Part shown: positions 16,551 through 25,206 of the stretch, in pieces
Layout of the letters: the number at the start of each line of letters is the position of its first letter
How positions within the stretch are numbered: position 1 is the stretch's first letter
Source of the DNA: a virus
Virus record (IMG/VR): IMGVR_UViG_3300045747_000435
Coordinates: 1-45,479 of that record
DNA length: 45,479 nt
Direction: 5' to 3' (one strand)
Notes under the pieces: model-generated
Database searches by the model: none
Seen by the model: only the letters and a program-made list of their open reading frames with translations
Told to the model about the DNA's origin: nothing
Position numbers and translations under genes: made by a program

Positions 16551-17576
16551 TTAAGGTAGGGCTTGACCGCGAGCCTGTGCGACTTGTAGCCCGATGTTTG
16601 CGTTGTCCACCAACTCAGCGTTGGCAGTGAGGAAGATGTCTTTGCTGCCAGCCGCGAAGCTAACAGCGGCACCGGCGTTAGACGATGCGCGGATGACATC
16701 ACGGGATAAAGCCCCGCCAGCGACACCGCATGGGGCGGGTGTGAACGTGGTGCTGTACCGGCCCACGCCTTTGGTGACTCGCACGTCGTCCATGTAACCG
16801 ACGAACGCCCATGTCGCGCTGATCGGACTGTCGTTGCCCAGTACCGGCCTCGCTGCGCCGACGGTGTAGACCGTCGAGTCGGTAAAGTTAGACCCCTCTT
16901 GCACCCCATTAATGAATAATCTGGTGACACCCGACACCCGACTGACGGCGATATGCGTGAACGAGGTGGTCGGTATGGTCGTGCCCCCCGTGATCTGAGT
17001 CGTGGCCCCCGTCACATAGATCACCTGACCCGTCGAGTTGATATACAGCGACTTGCGAGTAGTGTCCGCGCCGCTTGAAATCTGGTCGTTGTAGAGGCCC
17101 ATCATCGTTAAGGCCGCCGTAGGTTTGATCCACATTTCGACGGTCCAATCGCCCGACCCGAAGGCGAACGCCGCGCTGCCGTCACCCGTGAGTCCTGTGC
17201 TGGCCCCGCTGAAATACGCCGACGCGGTCCCGTACTTAAACGTCGAGGTGTTCAAGGTCACGCCGTTGGCGACGTTTGTCCATGTCAGAGGTGTGGGGCT
17301 AACGTCGGTGATCGTTGTGCTGCCGTTGGTGCCGTCAAACTGCAACAGAGTTTTCACGCTGGCCCACGACCCATCCCCGATATTACTGAACGCACCCTTA
17401 CCCACCTCCCACGCACCCGTGGATGAGTCCACGCAGCAATACGGGACTGACGGTGCGCCGTTGGGCAGAGCAGTTCCAAACGCCTGATAGGAAGTTGGGG
17501 GCGTACCCGCGAGAGCGAACGCACCAGTGCCGGTGGTACTGGTAACGTCGCGGACTCGGTCAGCTAGGATCGGCAT
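16551..17576 (-). CDS. LamG/concanavalin A-like lectin-fold domain protein with phage-fibre-type N-terminus
   Basis: FDG...FAFGSGDWTVEMWIKP...FTHIAVSRVSGVTRLFINGV...GYMDDVRVTKG is a Laminin_G_3-type signature. The N-terminus RVRDVTSTTGTGAFALAG recalls fibre N-termini. Confidence 0.7.
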   Translation of the reverse strand: MPILADRVRDVTSTTGTGAFALAGTPPTSYQAFGTALPNGAPSVPYCCVDSSTGAWEVGKGAFSNIGDGSWASVKTLLQFDGTNGSTTITDVSPTPLTWTNVANGVTLNTSTFKYGTASAYFSGASTGLTGDGSAAFAFGSGDWTVEMWIKPTAALTMMGLYNDQISSGADTTRKSLYINSTGQVIYVTGATTQITGGTTIPTTSFTHIAVSRVSGVTRLFINGVQEGSNFTDSTVYTVGAARPVLGNDSPISATWAFVGYMDDVRVTKGVGRYSTTFTPAPCGVAGGALSRDVIRASSNAGAAVSFAAGSKDIFLTANAELVDNANIGLQVAQARGQALP

Positions 17577-17577
17577 A

Positions 17578-18216
17578 TTAGGAGTCGATGGACAGAGTCA
17601 ACGCCGAGATCGCGAACGTGGGGGCTGGGTCGCCGTTGTTGATTGTCTTGACCGTAGTCAGAGGCTCAACTATCAACATGTTGCCAACCGTTGTTGCGTC
17701 ATAGAACGCTGCGGCCCATACATACGATGGCCCGCTGGTTGCAGTCGCGCCAAATGTCAGCACCGTATTGTTCGCGGTTGTGGGCACACCCGTTCCGCTG
17801 GACACGGCAGTGGTTGTCAGACCCTGTGTGCCCGCATAGTTTGCAGTCGATGCCGCAGTGTTGGACCGTGCGTAGCCGGTGTATGCCGCTTCGACGGCAG
17901 TCCCCGCACGGATGGCAGCGGCCTGCTCAGTGAAAGCGGCAGTGCCGTCTGTGATCACTTCCGAGTTGACACCAGGGTACAAAGTGCTTTGCGCGGCAGC
18001 GGATGTGCCAGCGGTGGTGCATTTGTAGAGGTGGGTCTTGCCGTCGTTGGCTGTCAGCGAAATGGTGTCGTTGAGTGCGTAGACAGTCGAGTTGCCACGC
18101 GGACCCTTGGTGCTGGTGAGCAACCCAATGGACAGCGCAGTCGTTGGAAAAGTGTAAGCAGTCGCACGCAGCAACTGATCCACCAACTTGTTGGCGAGAT
18201 ACGATGTGTAAAGCAT
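17578..18216 (-). CDS. Conserved phage protein of unknown function (212 aa), probable virion component
   Basis: Pattern YLANKLVDQLLR...YTFP..L.IGLLT...YARS...N.VLTFG.A......V.AAAFYDATTVGNML...INNGD...F.I.AL.LS.D recurs in many prophage structural regions, from memory. Confidence 0.55.
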   Translation of the reverse strand: MLYTSYLANKLVDQLLRATAYTFPTTALSIGLLTSTKGPRGNSTVYALNDTISLTANDGKTHLYKCTTAGTSAAAQSTLYPGVNSEVITDGTAAFTEQAAAIRAGTAVEAAYTGYARSNTAASTANYAGTQGLTTTAVSSGTGVPTTANNTVLTFGATATSGPSYVWAAAFYDATTVGNMLIVEPLTTVKTINNGDPAPTFAISALTLSIDS

Positions 18217-18232
18217 TGGGTTCTCCGCTTAA

Positions 18233-18403
18233 CTATTTCAAGGACTCGGCGTAAGCCACTGCCTCGGGGTGAGGGTCGAGTTCATCGCTGGCGTTTGCCG
18301 TTTCAGCATCCACTTCAACAACGTCATCGCATTCGCCAAATTGGCCTTTAGCCAAAACGCGGGCCTTAACGGGGCCGGTGTTTTCAGTTTTCTTCGTCGC
18401 CAT
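18233..18403 (-). CDS. Hypothetical small acidic protein (56 aa)
   Basis: ATG 18403 is preceded by a GGAG SD 6 nt upstream. The track start at 18415 is TTG. Confidence 0.5.
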   Translation of the reverse strand: MATKKTENTGPVKARVLAKGQFGECDDVVEVDAETANASDELDPHPEAVAYAESLK

Positions 18404-18410
18404 GTTCTGC

Positions 18411-18445
18411 TCCAAAAAAAGAAAAGGCAGGCCCGTAGGCCCGCC
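18411..18445 (-). terminator. Rho-independent terminator directly after the major capsid gene
   Basis: Minus strand reads GGCGGGCC-UAC(G)-GGCCUGCC followed by UUUUCUUUUUUU. Confidence 0.7.
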
Positions 18446-18463
18446 CGTTTCAGATTGCGACGA

Positions 18464-19723
18464 TTAGGTCGCGCTGTTTGCGTAGTAGCGGGTTGCGCCA
18501 CCAGCGTCGATCAAGTTGCCGCCGCTGCGCATGAACGCAACGAAGCCCACTTGGCCCAGCAGAGTGAATGCAGAGTCGGTCATGCGGAACAGGGTCAAGT
18601 CCATAACATCGCGCACGGTGTACTTGTTCAGTTGACCGAACAGGATGGACTTGGCATTCGCGGCCATGACAGGCATGTCCTGGTTGACGGTGATAGGACG
18701 GCCCATCAGCATGTCAGGGGCACCACCGTTGATCATCGCGTTGGCTTCATAGCCAGGAACGAAGATCGGACGGTTTTGCGCGTCCTTGATCTTGCGAATC
18801 ACCTTCAGCGAAGCATCGTTCATCATGTACCCGACACCGGCCTGGTTGCGGTAGGCTGGGTCCACGCTGTGTTCCAGGTCCACCAGATCGTCATAGATCA
18901 CCGACAGAGTCTGGCCGGTAAGACCAGTTTTGCCGACGCTGGAAGCAGTCAGCAAACCGTTGGGTTGGCCCGTGCCCGTGCCCACGGTGAAGTGGGTGTT
19001 CTGGATGCGGCCCAAGCGCATAGCCAGGATTTCCTGGATGTAGGCTTCGATGTCGATGAAGCTATCTTGCAACAATTCAAACGGGATGGCAATCTTCTTT
19101 GAGCTGTACTTGAACACATCCAAAGTGATGTTGCCGAACACGGTATCCAGAGCGGAAACAGCAGTGTTCTGGCCCACGATTTCACCAACTTCAGCAGTGG
19201 GGTCGGCCTTGGGGAAGTTCATGGTAATGCCGCTGCCGGTCTGGATGCGCTTGGCAACGCTGCGCATACCGCCATATGCCTTCATCATCACTTCCAAGGT
19301 CTTTTGATATTCCAGGGCAGTGGTGTATCCGCCTTCAGTCGTTGTCGTTGTGGACATCGCGTTGCGGATTTCAGGGGTCTGGCGGGCCAGCATGTGGTTG
19401 CGGTCTTCAGGAGACAGACCAGACATGCCGTTTGCCAAGAATGCTTTCAGGGCTTTGTTCTCACCACCTTGGGCACCGGGGATGCGAGTGGCAGCGTTCA
19501 GAGCGGCAGTGTGCTGCGCTTCGGGGGTGTCCAGTTGCAACTCGGCCATGCGTTTTTCGCGGGCCAGGTCGGCATCGACCAGTTCCACTTTCGCCAGAAC
19601 TTCATCCAATTTCTTGGAATCGGCTTCGGGCATGGCGACACCGGCGGCGTACTTGCCGTTCAGTTCTTGTGCTTCCTTAGAAAGCGTGTTGCGCAGGTTG
19701 CGCAGGTCTTGCAGTTTGCTCAT
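18464..19723 (-). CDS. Major capsid protein, HK97 family
   Basis: MSKLQDLRNLRN... delta-domain-like N-terminus, then HK97-type core motifs (...GGYT..., ...DLEHSVDPAYR..., ...FRMTDSAF...). AGGAG SD before ATG 19723. Confidence 0.9.
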   Translation of the reverse strand: MSKLQDLRNLRNTLSKEAQELNGKYAAGVAMPEADSKKLDEVLAKVELVDADLAREKRMAELQLDTPEAQHTAALNAATRIPGAQGGENKALKAFLANGMSGLSPEDRNHMLARQTPEIRNAMSTTTTTEGGYTTALEYQKTLEVMMKAYGGMRSVAKRIQTGSGITMNFPKADPTAEVGEIVGQNTAVSALDTVFGNITLDVFKYSSKKIAIPFELLQDSFIDIEAYIQEILAMRLGRIQNTHFTVGTGTGQPNGLLTASSVGKTGLTGQTLSVIYDDLVDLEHSVDPAYRNQAGVGYMMNDASLKVIRKIKDAQNRPIFVPGYEANAMINGGAPDMLMGRPITVNQDMPVMAANAKSILFGQLNKYTVRDVMDLTLFRMTDSAFTLLGQVGFVAFMRSGGNLIDAGGATRYYANSAT

Positions 19724-19810
19724 TTTTGAGACTCCTAAATGTGACTGCTCGCGCAAGTCGGGGGACACGAAAACCACCGGGCGGTGGCTGGCTCAGTTGC
19801 GCGAGGCGCG

Positions 19811-20578
19811 TTACTGACGGGTGGCGATCAACATCTTCACTTGACGTGATTGGTGATCGCGGTATTCGTTGCTGACCGTTTCGGGTTCAGGTGCGGGGGC
19901 GGGTTCTTCAACCTTGGGTTCAGGCATCGGGGCTTTGGCATACACCGACAAGTCCCATTCGTTTTTGGTCTTGCTGGGGCCGCAGACATCGCTCACAAAG
20001 CCCATCGTCTGGGCCTCACTGGCCGACATCCATGTCTCGGCTTGCATGAGGGTCAAGACAGCGTCTGTGGTCATGCCAGTGCGCTTTGCGTACTGGTCTG
20101 CGATCACGGCATCCACTTTGTCCAAAAGCGCAGCGGTGGCACGCATATCAGTGGCGTTGCCCATCGTCATGCACCAACCGCAATGGATCATAAAAAGTGC
20201 GCCGTCGCTCATCTCGATGGTGTCGGCAGCGGTGGCGACCACTGTGGCGGCACTCGCGGCCAGACCGTCGATGTGCGCGATCACATTGGCCTTGCAGTCG
20301 CGGATCGCGGCCACGATAGCTTGCGCGGCGAACACATCGCCCCCGGGGGAGTTGATGTGCAAGTGCAGGGTGCCGCCTTTGATGGCCCGCAGTTGCGGCA
20401 CCAGTGCCTCGGCGGACACGCCACCGTAGTAGTCAGCTTCCAGGTTGGTGGACACGATGCTGTCGTAGAGGTACATCGTGGACTCGCCGTCTGCCGTGGC
20501 AGCGGCCACCACAGAGCAAGGTTTTGCGTTGGCTTTGTTTCGCGCCACCAGCATCATCAAGCGGTTGTGCATCATCAT
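19811..20578 (-). CDS. Prohead maturation protease, ClpP/S14-like
   Basis: LHINSPGGDVFAAQAI...IDGLAASAATVVA...MIH motifs. Located between the portal and capsid genes. Confidence 0.85.
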   Translation of the reverse strand: MMMHNRLMMLVARNKANAKPCSVVAAATADGESTMYLYDSIVSTNLEADYYGGVSAEALVPQLRAIKGGTLHLHINSPGGDVFAAQAIVAAIRDCKANVIAHIDGLAASAATVVATAADTIEMSDGALFMIHCGWCMTMGNATDMRATAALLDKVDAVIADQYAKRTGMTTDAVLTLMQAETWMSASEAQTMGFVSDVCGPSKTKNEWDLSVYAKAPMPEPKVEEPAPAPEPETVSNEYRDHQSRQVKMLIATRQ

Positions 20579-21912
20579 TTGGCCTTTTTCTTTTCAGCGG
20601 GTTTAGGGTCCGCTGGCGCGGCATTTGGATCAGTCGGGGCGATGGCCTTGGTGACCTCATCGCCGCCATCCACTGGGGCCAGCAACTTCATGGAGCGGAC
20701 TTCGTTGACAGTGAGCCAGCCAGGTTCACCGGCGCGGCCCAGAGCCACGCGGAAAGCTTCGTTCTCGGTCTTCAGGTCACCGCGCTCGATATCAGTGACA
20801 TCAAACTCGACAAAATATTTCTGACGCTTGGGCCAGAACTTGCGGTTGATCTCTTGCTGGATTTTGGTCAGGTCGCGGCGCAGGGTGTACTTCACAAAAC
20901 CCTTGCCCATGTTCTCCTGGCCCGTGCCCCACGATGTGGTCTTCTCGGTGGACCCCACCATGAATGGAGGTACACCAAGCACGCGACAGATTTCTTCAAG
21001 ATTCCAGGATGCTGTTTGCAAAATCTGCGAATCTGCCTGGCTCAGTGTCAGTGGGGTGGCCTTGAGTCCGCCCGTAAGGATCGCTGGTTTGTGCGAGTTG
21101 CCGGAACCACCGTAAGCGTCCATCCATGTGGCCCGCAGGATTTCAACCTGCTCTTTGGTCATGTTGCCGGGGGTCTCCAACGCGAAGTCGGGGCGGGCAC
21201 CATTGGCAAAGAACTTTCCATTCCACTCGGCAGTCGCGATAGCAGTGCCAACCGCTTGACGTGCAGCGTAGGTGATTGGGCTGGGCGACATCACACCATC
21301 AAAGCCCAGCGACGGGACGTGCAGGATGTCGGCTGGGGCCAGAACGTACTGCGCACCCGCCAGTGGCGTCACCCGATACCAGAGTTTTCCGTTGATGTCG
21401 CGGAAGGGGTAGACGCGCAGCGGGTGATGCACACGCAATCCCGCGATGTCTGGAGAGTTGTAGTGCGGGCGGATGATCTCAGCGAACCCGTCGCCATAGA
21501 ACATCTTGCTGCTGATCAAGTACTCCCAGAACACTGCCGCCGAGATTTCATCATCAGCTTGCTCATTCAGGAACCACCAGTACGGGTGGTTTTTAGCCTT
21601 CTCGCGGCCAGTATCAGTGCGCTGGTAGATGTTCAACGGCAGCGTGCTGATAGCACCAGCAACCAGGGCCACGCAAGCGTAGACTGCCGACACCTTCATG
21701 GCCGTCGCTTCATTGACCAGCGATCCAGACGATGTGCTGAATCCCGAACCAATGGTGCGCACCAACTCATCAATGGTGAGGTTCTCGCGGGTCTGGTTCA
21801 GGTTCTGAACTGCGCGGGTCGCCTCTGGGCCGTTCGCACTGCGCCAAGCATTCAGCACAGCAGACCCAGGCACTTTGGCCTTTGCCTGTGCGATTTGAAA
21901 TGCTTGACTCAT
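20575..21912 (-). CDS. Portal protein, HK97 family
   Basis: 445 aa. Position after TerL. Typical ...SAVYACV..., ...PSPI..., ...PFMVG... pattern. Confidence 0.85.
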   Translation of the reverse strand: MSQAFQIAQAKAKVPGSAVLNAWRSANGPEATRAVQNLNQTRENLTIDELVRTIGSGFSTSSGSLVNEATAMKVSAVYACVALVAGAISTLPLNIYQRTDTGREKAKNHPYWWFLNEQADDEISAAVFWEYLISSKMFYGDGFAEIIRPHYNSPDIAGLRVHHPLRVYPFRDINGKLWYRVTPLAGAQYVLAPADILHVPSLGFDGVMSPSPITYAARQAVGTAIATAEWNGKFFANGARPDFALETPGNMTKEQVEILRATWMDAYGGSGNSHKPAILTGGLKATPLTLSQADSQILQTASWNLEEICRVLGVPPFMVGSTEKTTSWGTGQENMGKGFVKYTLRRDLTKIQQEINRKFWPKRQKYFVEFDVTDIERGDLKTENEAFRVALGRAGEPGWLTVNEVRSMKLLAPVDGGDEVTKAIAPTDPNAAPADPKPAEKKKAK

Positions 21913-23435
21913 AGAACAAATATCCCCGGAATGATGGTCTCATCCACCACTGGCATGACGCCCACGGCCATCGCCAGGGCGACCATGCCGTCAATGCGGC
22001 GGGTCTGTTTTCGTTTGTCGAATTTGCGGGCACCAGAGTCACCGACAACGGTGGCGTTCTTCGCGCACATCTCCAGCACCGGGTGATCACCGTGGCGCAG
22101 TTGTGCGCCCAGCAACTTCACCTCCAACTCGCGCAGCGCGGGTGTCATCGACACGGTGCCCTGCCCGAATGGTTTGAATTTCTCGATTTCCTCTTCGCTG
22201 AATCCGACCTTGGTGAGCCACGGTTTGAGGTGGATCATGTTGTAACGGTCAAAGCCAATCGCTTGCACATCGCAGCGGTCAAAGAGGCCGCGCAAAAACT
22301 CAGCGATGTATTCGTACTCAATGGCGCGGCCAGGTGTTGTGTTCAGGAACCCCTGCTTGGCCCACACGTCATACGGCACCCGGTCTTTCTTGGCTTTCTC
22401 GCGAAGACCTTCTTCCGGCAACCAAAATTCGCTATGCACGCCACCGTCTTCGGTGACCAATTCCAGGGCAGTCAAGTCATGGACGCTGGACAAGTCCAAA
22501 CCGCCCCACACCTTCTTGCCTTCGATGAGTCCGCAGATGCCACCGTTCTGTTTCCAGACCGACTGCGACACAAACGGTGACTGCATCTCCACCCGCTGAT
22601 TCAGGATCAGGTTGCGGAACGCTGGCTCATTCGCAGGCATTTCCTGCGCGGAGCGGCACTGCTTCTCGATGTCTTCGATGGACCTGAACTTGCCCATCGC
22701 GGGATTGCTTGCGGCCCATGCCTTGCGGTCATCCAGGGAGCAGTCCGCCGGGGCTTCGTACACATGGCACACCACCCGGGGGTCGGGCGCGTTCTTCTGC
22801 GCATCGATCCACACCGACAGCATGTCGGCGTCCGTTGGAGCCTGGGTGCTGATGGTGATCAGCAATGGGTTGGTGTAAGCACCCTGCGAGGAGGTGATCG
22901 CCTCGACAAAGGGGTCGGTGGGTCCAACGATCTGCCCCGTTTCATCCAAGATGGCAAGGATAGGGGACAACCCGTGGGCCGTCTTTCCCTCGGCACTCAG
23001 TGCCCGGTACAGGACGTTTTTGCTCAACCCAATGAGGCGTTTTCCTGATGGTTGAATGCGCACAAGCTTCGACAGCTTGGGCGACATCTCGATCATCTTT
23101 CGCGCCAGTTCAAAGACCACTGCGGCTTGCTCTTTGGACTGCGCCCCAGAAATGATCTGGGAATTTTGAACTGCTTCTGGACCCGCAAGGTGCGCTAAAA
23201 GCAACCCGCCAATCAGTGCGGTTTTGCCGTTCTTTCTCGCAATCGAGAGGATCGCGGTGTGCGTACCAACTGGCGAGTCATAAATGTCCCTTATGAACTT
23301 CTTTTGGAAGTCTTCCAGAACAATCGGTTTACCAATGTGCTGGCCCTCGGGCGCGACACAATACGTTTCGATGAAGGCGCAGACCTTCTCGCCGCGACTC
23401 ATCTTTGAAAATGCTTTGGGCTTTTTAGCCATCAC
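21909..23435 (-). CDS. terL: Terminase large subunit
   Basis: Walker A-like SIARKNGKTAL. Walker B ILDETG. C-terminal RNaseH-like nuclease part. 508 aa. Confidence 0.9.
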   Translation of the reverse strand: MMAKKPKAFSKMSRGEKVCAFIETYCVAPEGQHIGKPIVLEDFQKKFIRDIYDSPVGTHTAILSIARKNGKTALIGGLLLAHLAGPEAVQNSQIISGAQSKEQAAVVFELARKMIEMSPKLSKLVRIQPSGKRLIGLSKNVLYRALSAEGKTAHGLSPILAILDETGQIVGPTDPFVEAITSSQGAYTNPLLITISTQAPTDADMLSVWIDAQKNAPDPRVVCHVYEAPADCSLDDRKAWAASNPAMGKFRSIEDIEKQCRSAQEMPANEPAFRNLILNQRVEMQSPFVSQSVWKQNGGICGLIEGKKVWGGLDLSSVHDLTALELVTEDGGVHSEFWLPEEGLREKAKKDRVPYDVWAKQGFLNTTPGRAIEYEYIAEFLRGLFDRCDVQAIGFDRYNMIHLKPWLTKVGFSEEEIEKFKPFGQGTVSMTPALRELEVKLLGAQLRHGDHPVLEMCAKNATVVGDSGARKFDKRKQTRRIDGMVALAMAVGVMPVVDETIIPGIFVL

Positions 23436-23884
23436 GCAAGCAGCGGGTCATCCGCAAGTTCATCTCGCAACTTGCGCGATTGCGTTTCCAGTTTGCGGCT
23501 GGCCGAACTGTCTCGGGCGTCACCAGCGGCCTTGCCACCCATGCGCAGGGTGCGCATCAGGGCCATCTCGCGGCGGGCCAGTTGTTCCAGCACGGTCACC
23601 CGGGGGTTCATCACCGGGGTGCCGCGTGCGTTCTCCAGAACGGTGCCTTCGGCGTCCAGGTGCTTGGACTGCGCCTCGATGTCGGCCTGGGTGCGGGCCA
23701 ACTGCGCGGCCACCACCAGGTCCGCTGGACTCCACTCATCATGTGCCCGGGATAGCAGGATGCCGTCCCAAAAAGCCATGTCGGCTGGGCGCAGGGCGCA
23801 GTGCTTTGGCACCGCGTGCGTTTTGGCCGCGTTCACCATCGCCTTGACGGCAGAGGTGGAGGAGTCTGATCGTTGTTTGCGCAT
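23432..23884 (-). CDS. terS: Terminase small subunit (P27 family-like)
   Basis: 150 aa. Pattern ...FWDGIL...W...DL..AAQLAR......G.PV.NP... Immediately upstream of terL (ATGA overlap). Confidence 0.75.
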   Translation of the reverse strand: MRKQRSDSSTSAVKAMVNAAKTHAVPKHCALRPADMAFWDGILLSRAHDEWSPADLVVAAQLARTQADIEAQSKHLDAEGTVLENARGTPVMNPRVTVLEQLARREMALMRTLRMGGKAAGDARDSSASRKLETQSRKLRDELADDPLLA

Positions 23885-23888
23885 AGGG

Positions 23889-24182
23889 TCACCAGATCAC
23901 GCGCCCATCAGGACCGAATTTGGTACGCGCCCTGCCGGATTTCTCCAGCATTTGTTTGTCTGAGTCGTGGTGCAGCTTGCACAGCGACTGCCAATTCTCG
24001 GAATCCCAGAATAATTTCTGGTCACCTCGGTGCGGCTTTATATGGTCCACAACACTCGCCGGGGTTAATTCGCCCTCGGCCTGGCACATAACGCACAGTG
24101 GATGATTCCGTAAATACCCGTCCCGCGCTTTTCGCCACCGAGAGTCATAACCGCGTTGCGTTGAAGACGGTCTATTTTCCAT
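23889..24182 (-). CDS. HNH endonuclease (packaging-associated, HK97 gp74-like position)
   Basis: RGYDSRWRKARDGYLRNHPLCVMC...VDHIKPH...NWQSLCKLHH. ATG 24182 preferred over the TTG at 24203. Confidence 0.85.
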   Translation of the reverse strand: MENRPSSTQRGYDSRWRKARDGYLRNHPLCVMCQAEGELTPASVVDHIKPHRGDQKLFWDSENWQSLCKLHHDSDKQMLEKSGRARTKFGPDGRVIW

Positions 24183-24256
24183 ATTCAATTTTGCAGGCGG
24201 CAAAGCCTGCGCAAGCGGTAGTGGCTATTTGTGGATACACGGGCCAGATGGCGCGG

Positions 24257-24284
24257 ATTATCACGGTCGGGGAATATCAGTCAA
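24257..24284 (-). promoter_or_regulatory. Candidate sigma70-type promoter facing the late operon
   Basis: Minus strand reads TTGACT-16 nt-GATAAT, about 55 nt upstream of the HNH start region. Confidence 0.35.
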
Positions 24285-24602
24285 TACCTCGAGAATATTG
24301 TATTTAAAGTAATACAAAAGGTCGCGCACGCGCACAACCAACCCCAATCTGGGCCGAACCAGCGGAATAGCAATAAATCAAAGGGAACAGGCGGGTTGTG
24401 GGGGTCGGAGGCCAGAGTTTCGATATCCCCCCGGGGCGCAGGATGGTGCCTGCGGCCAGCCAGGATCGATTTTGAGCGCACATTTGCAGGGTATTAGTAG
24501 CGTGCCATGCATATTGATTTGCGTGCAGTGTAGGCCCTGCAAAACCACGCCCAGCCGGATCGCCGAAAATCGGGGGCAATACTGCACGCAGCGCATGCGG
24601 AT

Positions 24603-24630
24603 TTGTAAAAGGCCTTTTTCGTACTACAAT
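24603..24630 (+). promoter_or_regulatory. Candidate promoter of the plus-strand moron operon
   Basis: TTGTAA-16 nt-TACAAT, about 75 nt upstream of ATG 24705. Confidence 0.35.
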
Positions 24631-24663
24631 TGCGGCATGCCAAAAGCAAAGTGCAATTGGCGA

Positions 24664-24698
24664 AACCCGCAGGCGATGCGCCTGCATACTCTAGGAGT
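24664..24698 (+). repeat. 35-bp hairpin+SD cassette, copy 1 (identical to 25207-25241)
   Basis: AACCCGCAGGCGATGCGCCTGCATACTCTAGGAGT. Stem GCAGGCG/CGCCTGC with a 3-nt loop. GGAG lies 7 nt before ATG 24705. Confidence 0.9.
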
Positions 24699-24704
24699 TA
24701 GAAA

Positions 24705-25157
24705 ATGCGCACACTGAAGACTGAAGACGGCTATACATTCAAACTCATTAATGGTGTTTGGACTGATGGTGATATTTCTTTTGAAGACCCCAATACTTTG
24801 GGCGTGTCTTATGAAATCGAGGCTATTTCTTGCATTTGGATTAATACATCCATCTTAAATCCTGATGGTAGCTATACAGATTTGGGCACTTCACCTTTTA
24901 CCGAATGGCGTGGTGATGTGTGTGCTGCTGATGGCCCTTATGGATTGCACGATCATTTTTACCCTGTGCCCGATGATGCTGCGGACGATCATCCGTTTGT
25001 AATTGTTGACTCGCACATGTGCGCATACGCAAAAGCAGCATGGATTGCTTTTGATACTACGGGCGAATATGCGAATGAACAATCCATTGTCGCGAATGGT
25101 GAAGTATTTTCATGCACTGTGGAAAGCGTGGACGTTGCAACGAAATACTTCGGATAA
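24705..25157 (+). CDS. Hypothetical acidic protein (150 aa), moron gene 1
   Basis: Good SD. Visibly more AT-rich than the flanks. Asp/Glu-rich. No motif recognised. Confidence 0.6.
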   Translation: MRTLKTEDGYTFKLINGVWTDGDISFEDPNTLGVSYEIEAISCIWINTSILNPDGSYTDLGTSPFTEWRGDVCAADGPYGLHDHFYPVPDDAADDHPFVIVDSHMCAYAKAAWIAFDTTGEYANEQSIVANGEVFSCTVESVDVATKYFG

Positions 25158-25206
25158 AAACCCTAAATTTCAATCCTGCGTGCAGGGTTGCGGTGTAGTG
25201 TTTTTT

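Noticed and set aside
19850-22086. Long plus-strand ORFs (324 aa, 560 aa) antisense to the protease, portal and terminase genes
   Set aside because: These are typical GC-rich antisense ORFs. The translations are Arg/Gly/His-rich without motifs, whereas the minus-strand products have clear portal, protease and TerL signatures.
24304-24687. 127-aa minus-strand ORF (and nested ORFs) upstream of HNH
   Set aside because: Implausible composition, no SD, no coupling to neighbours. The region carries promoter and hairpin features instead.
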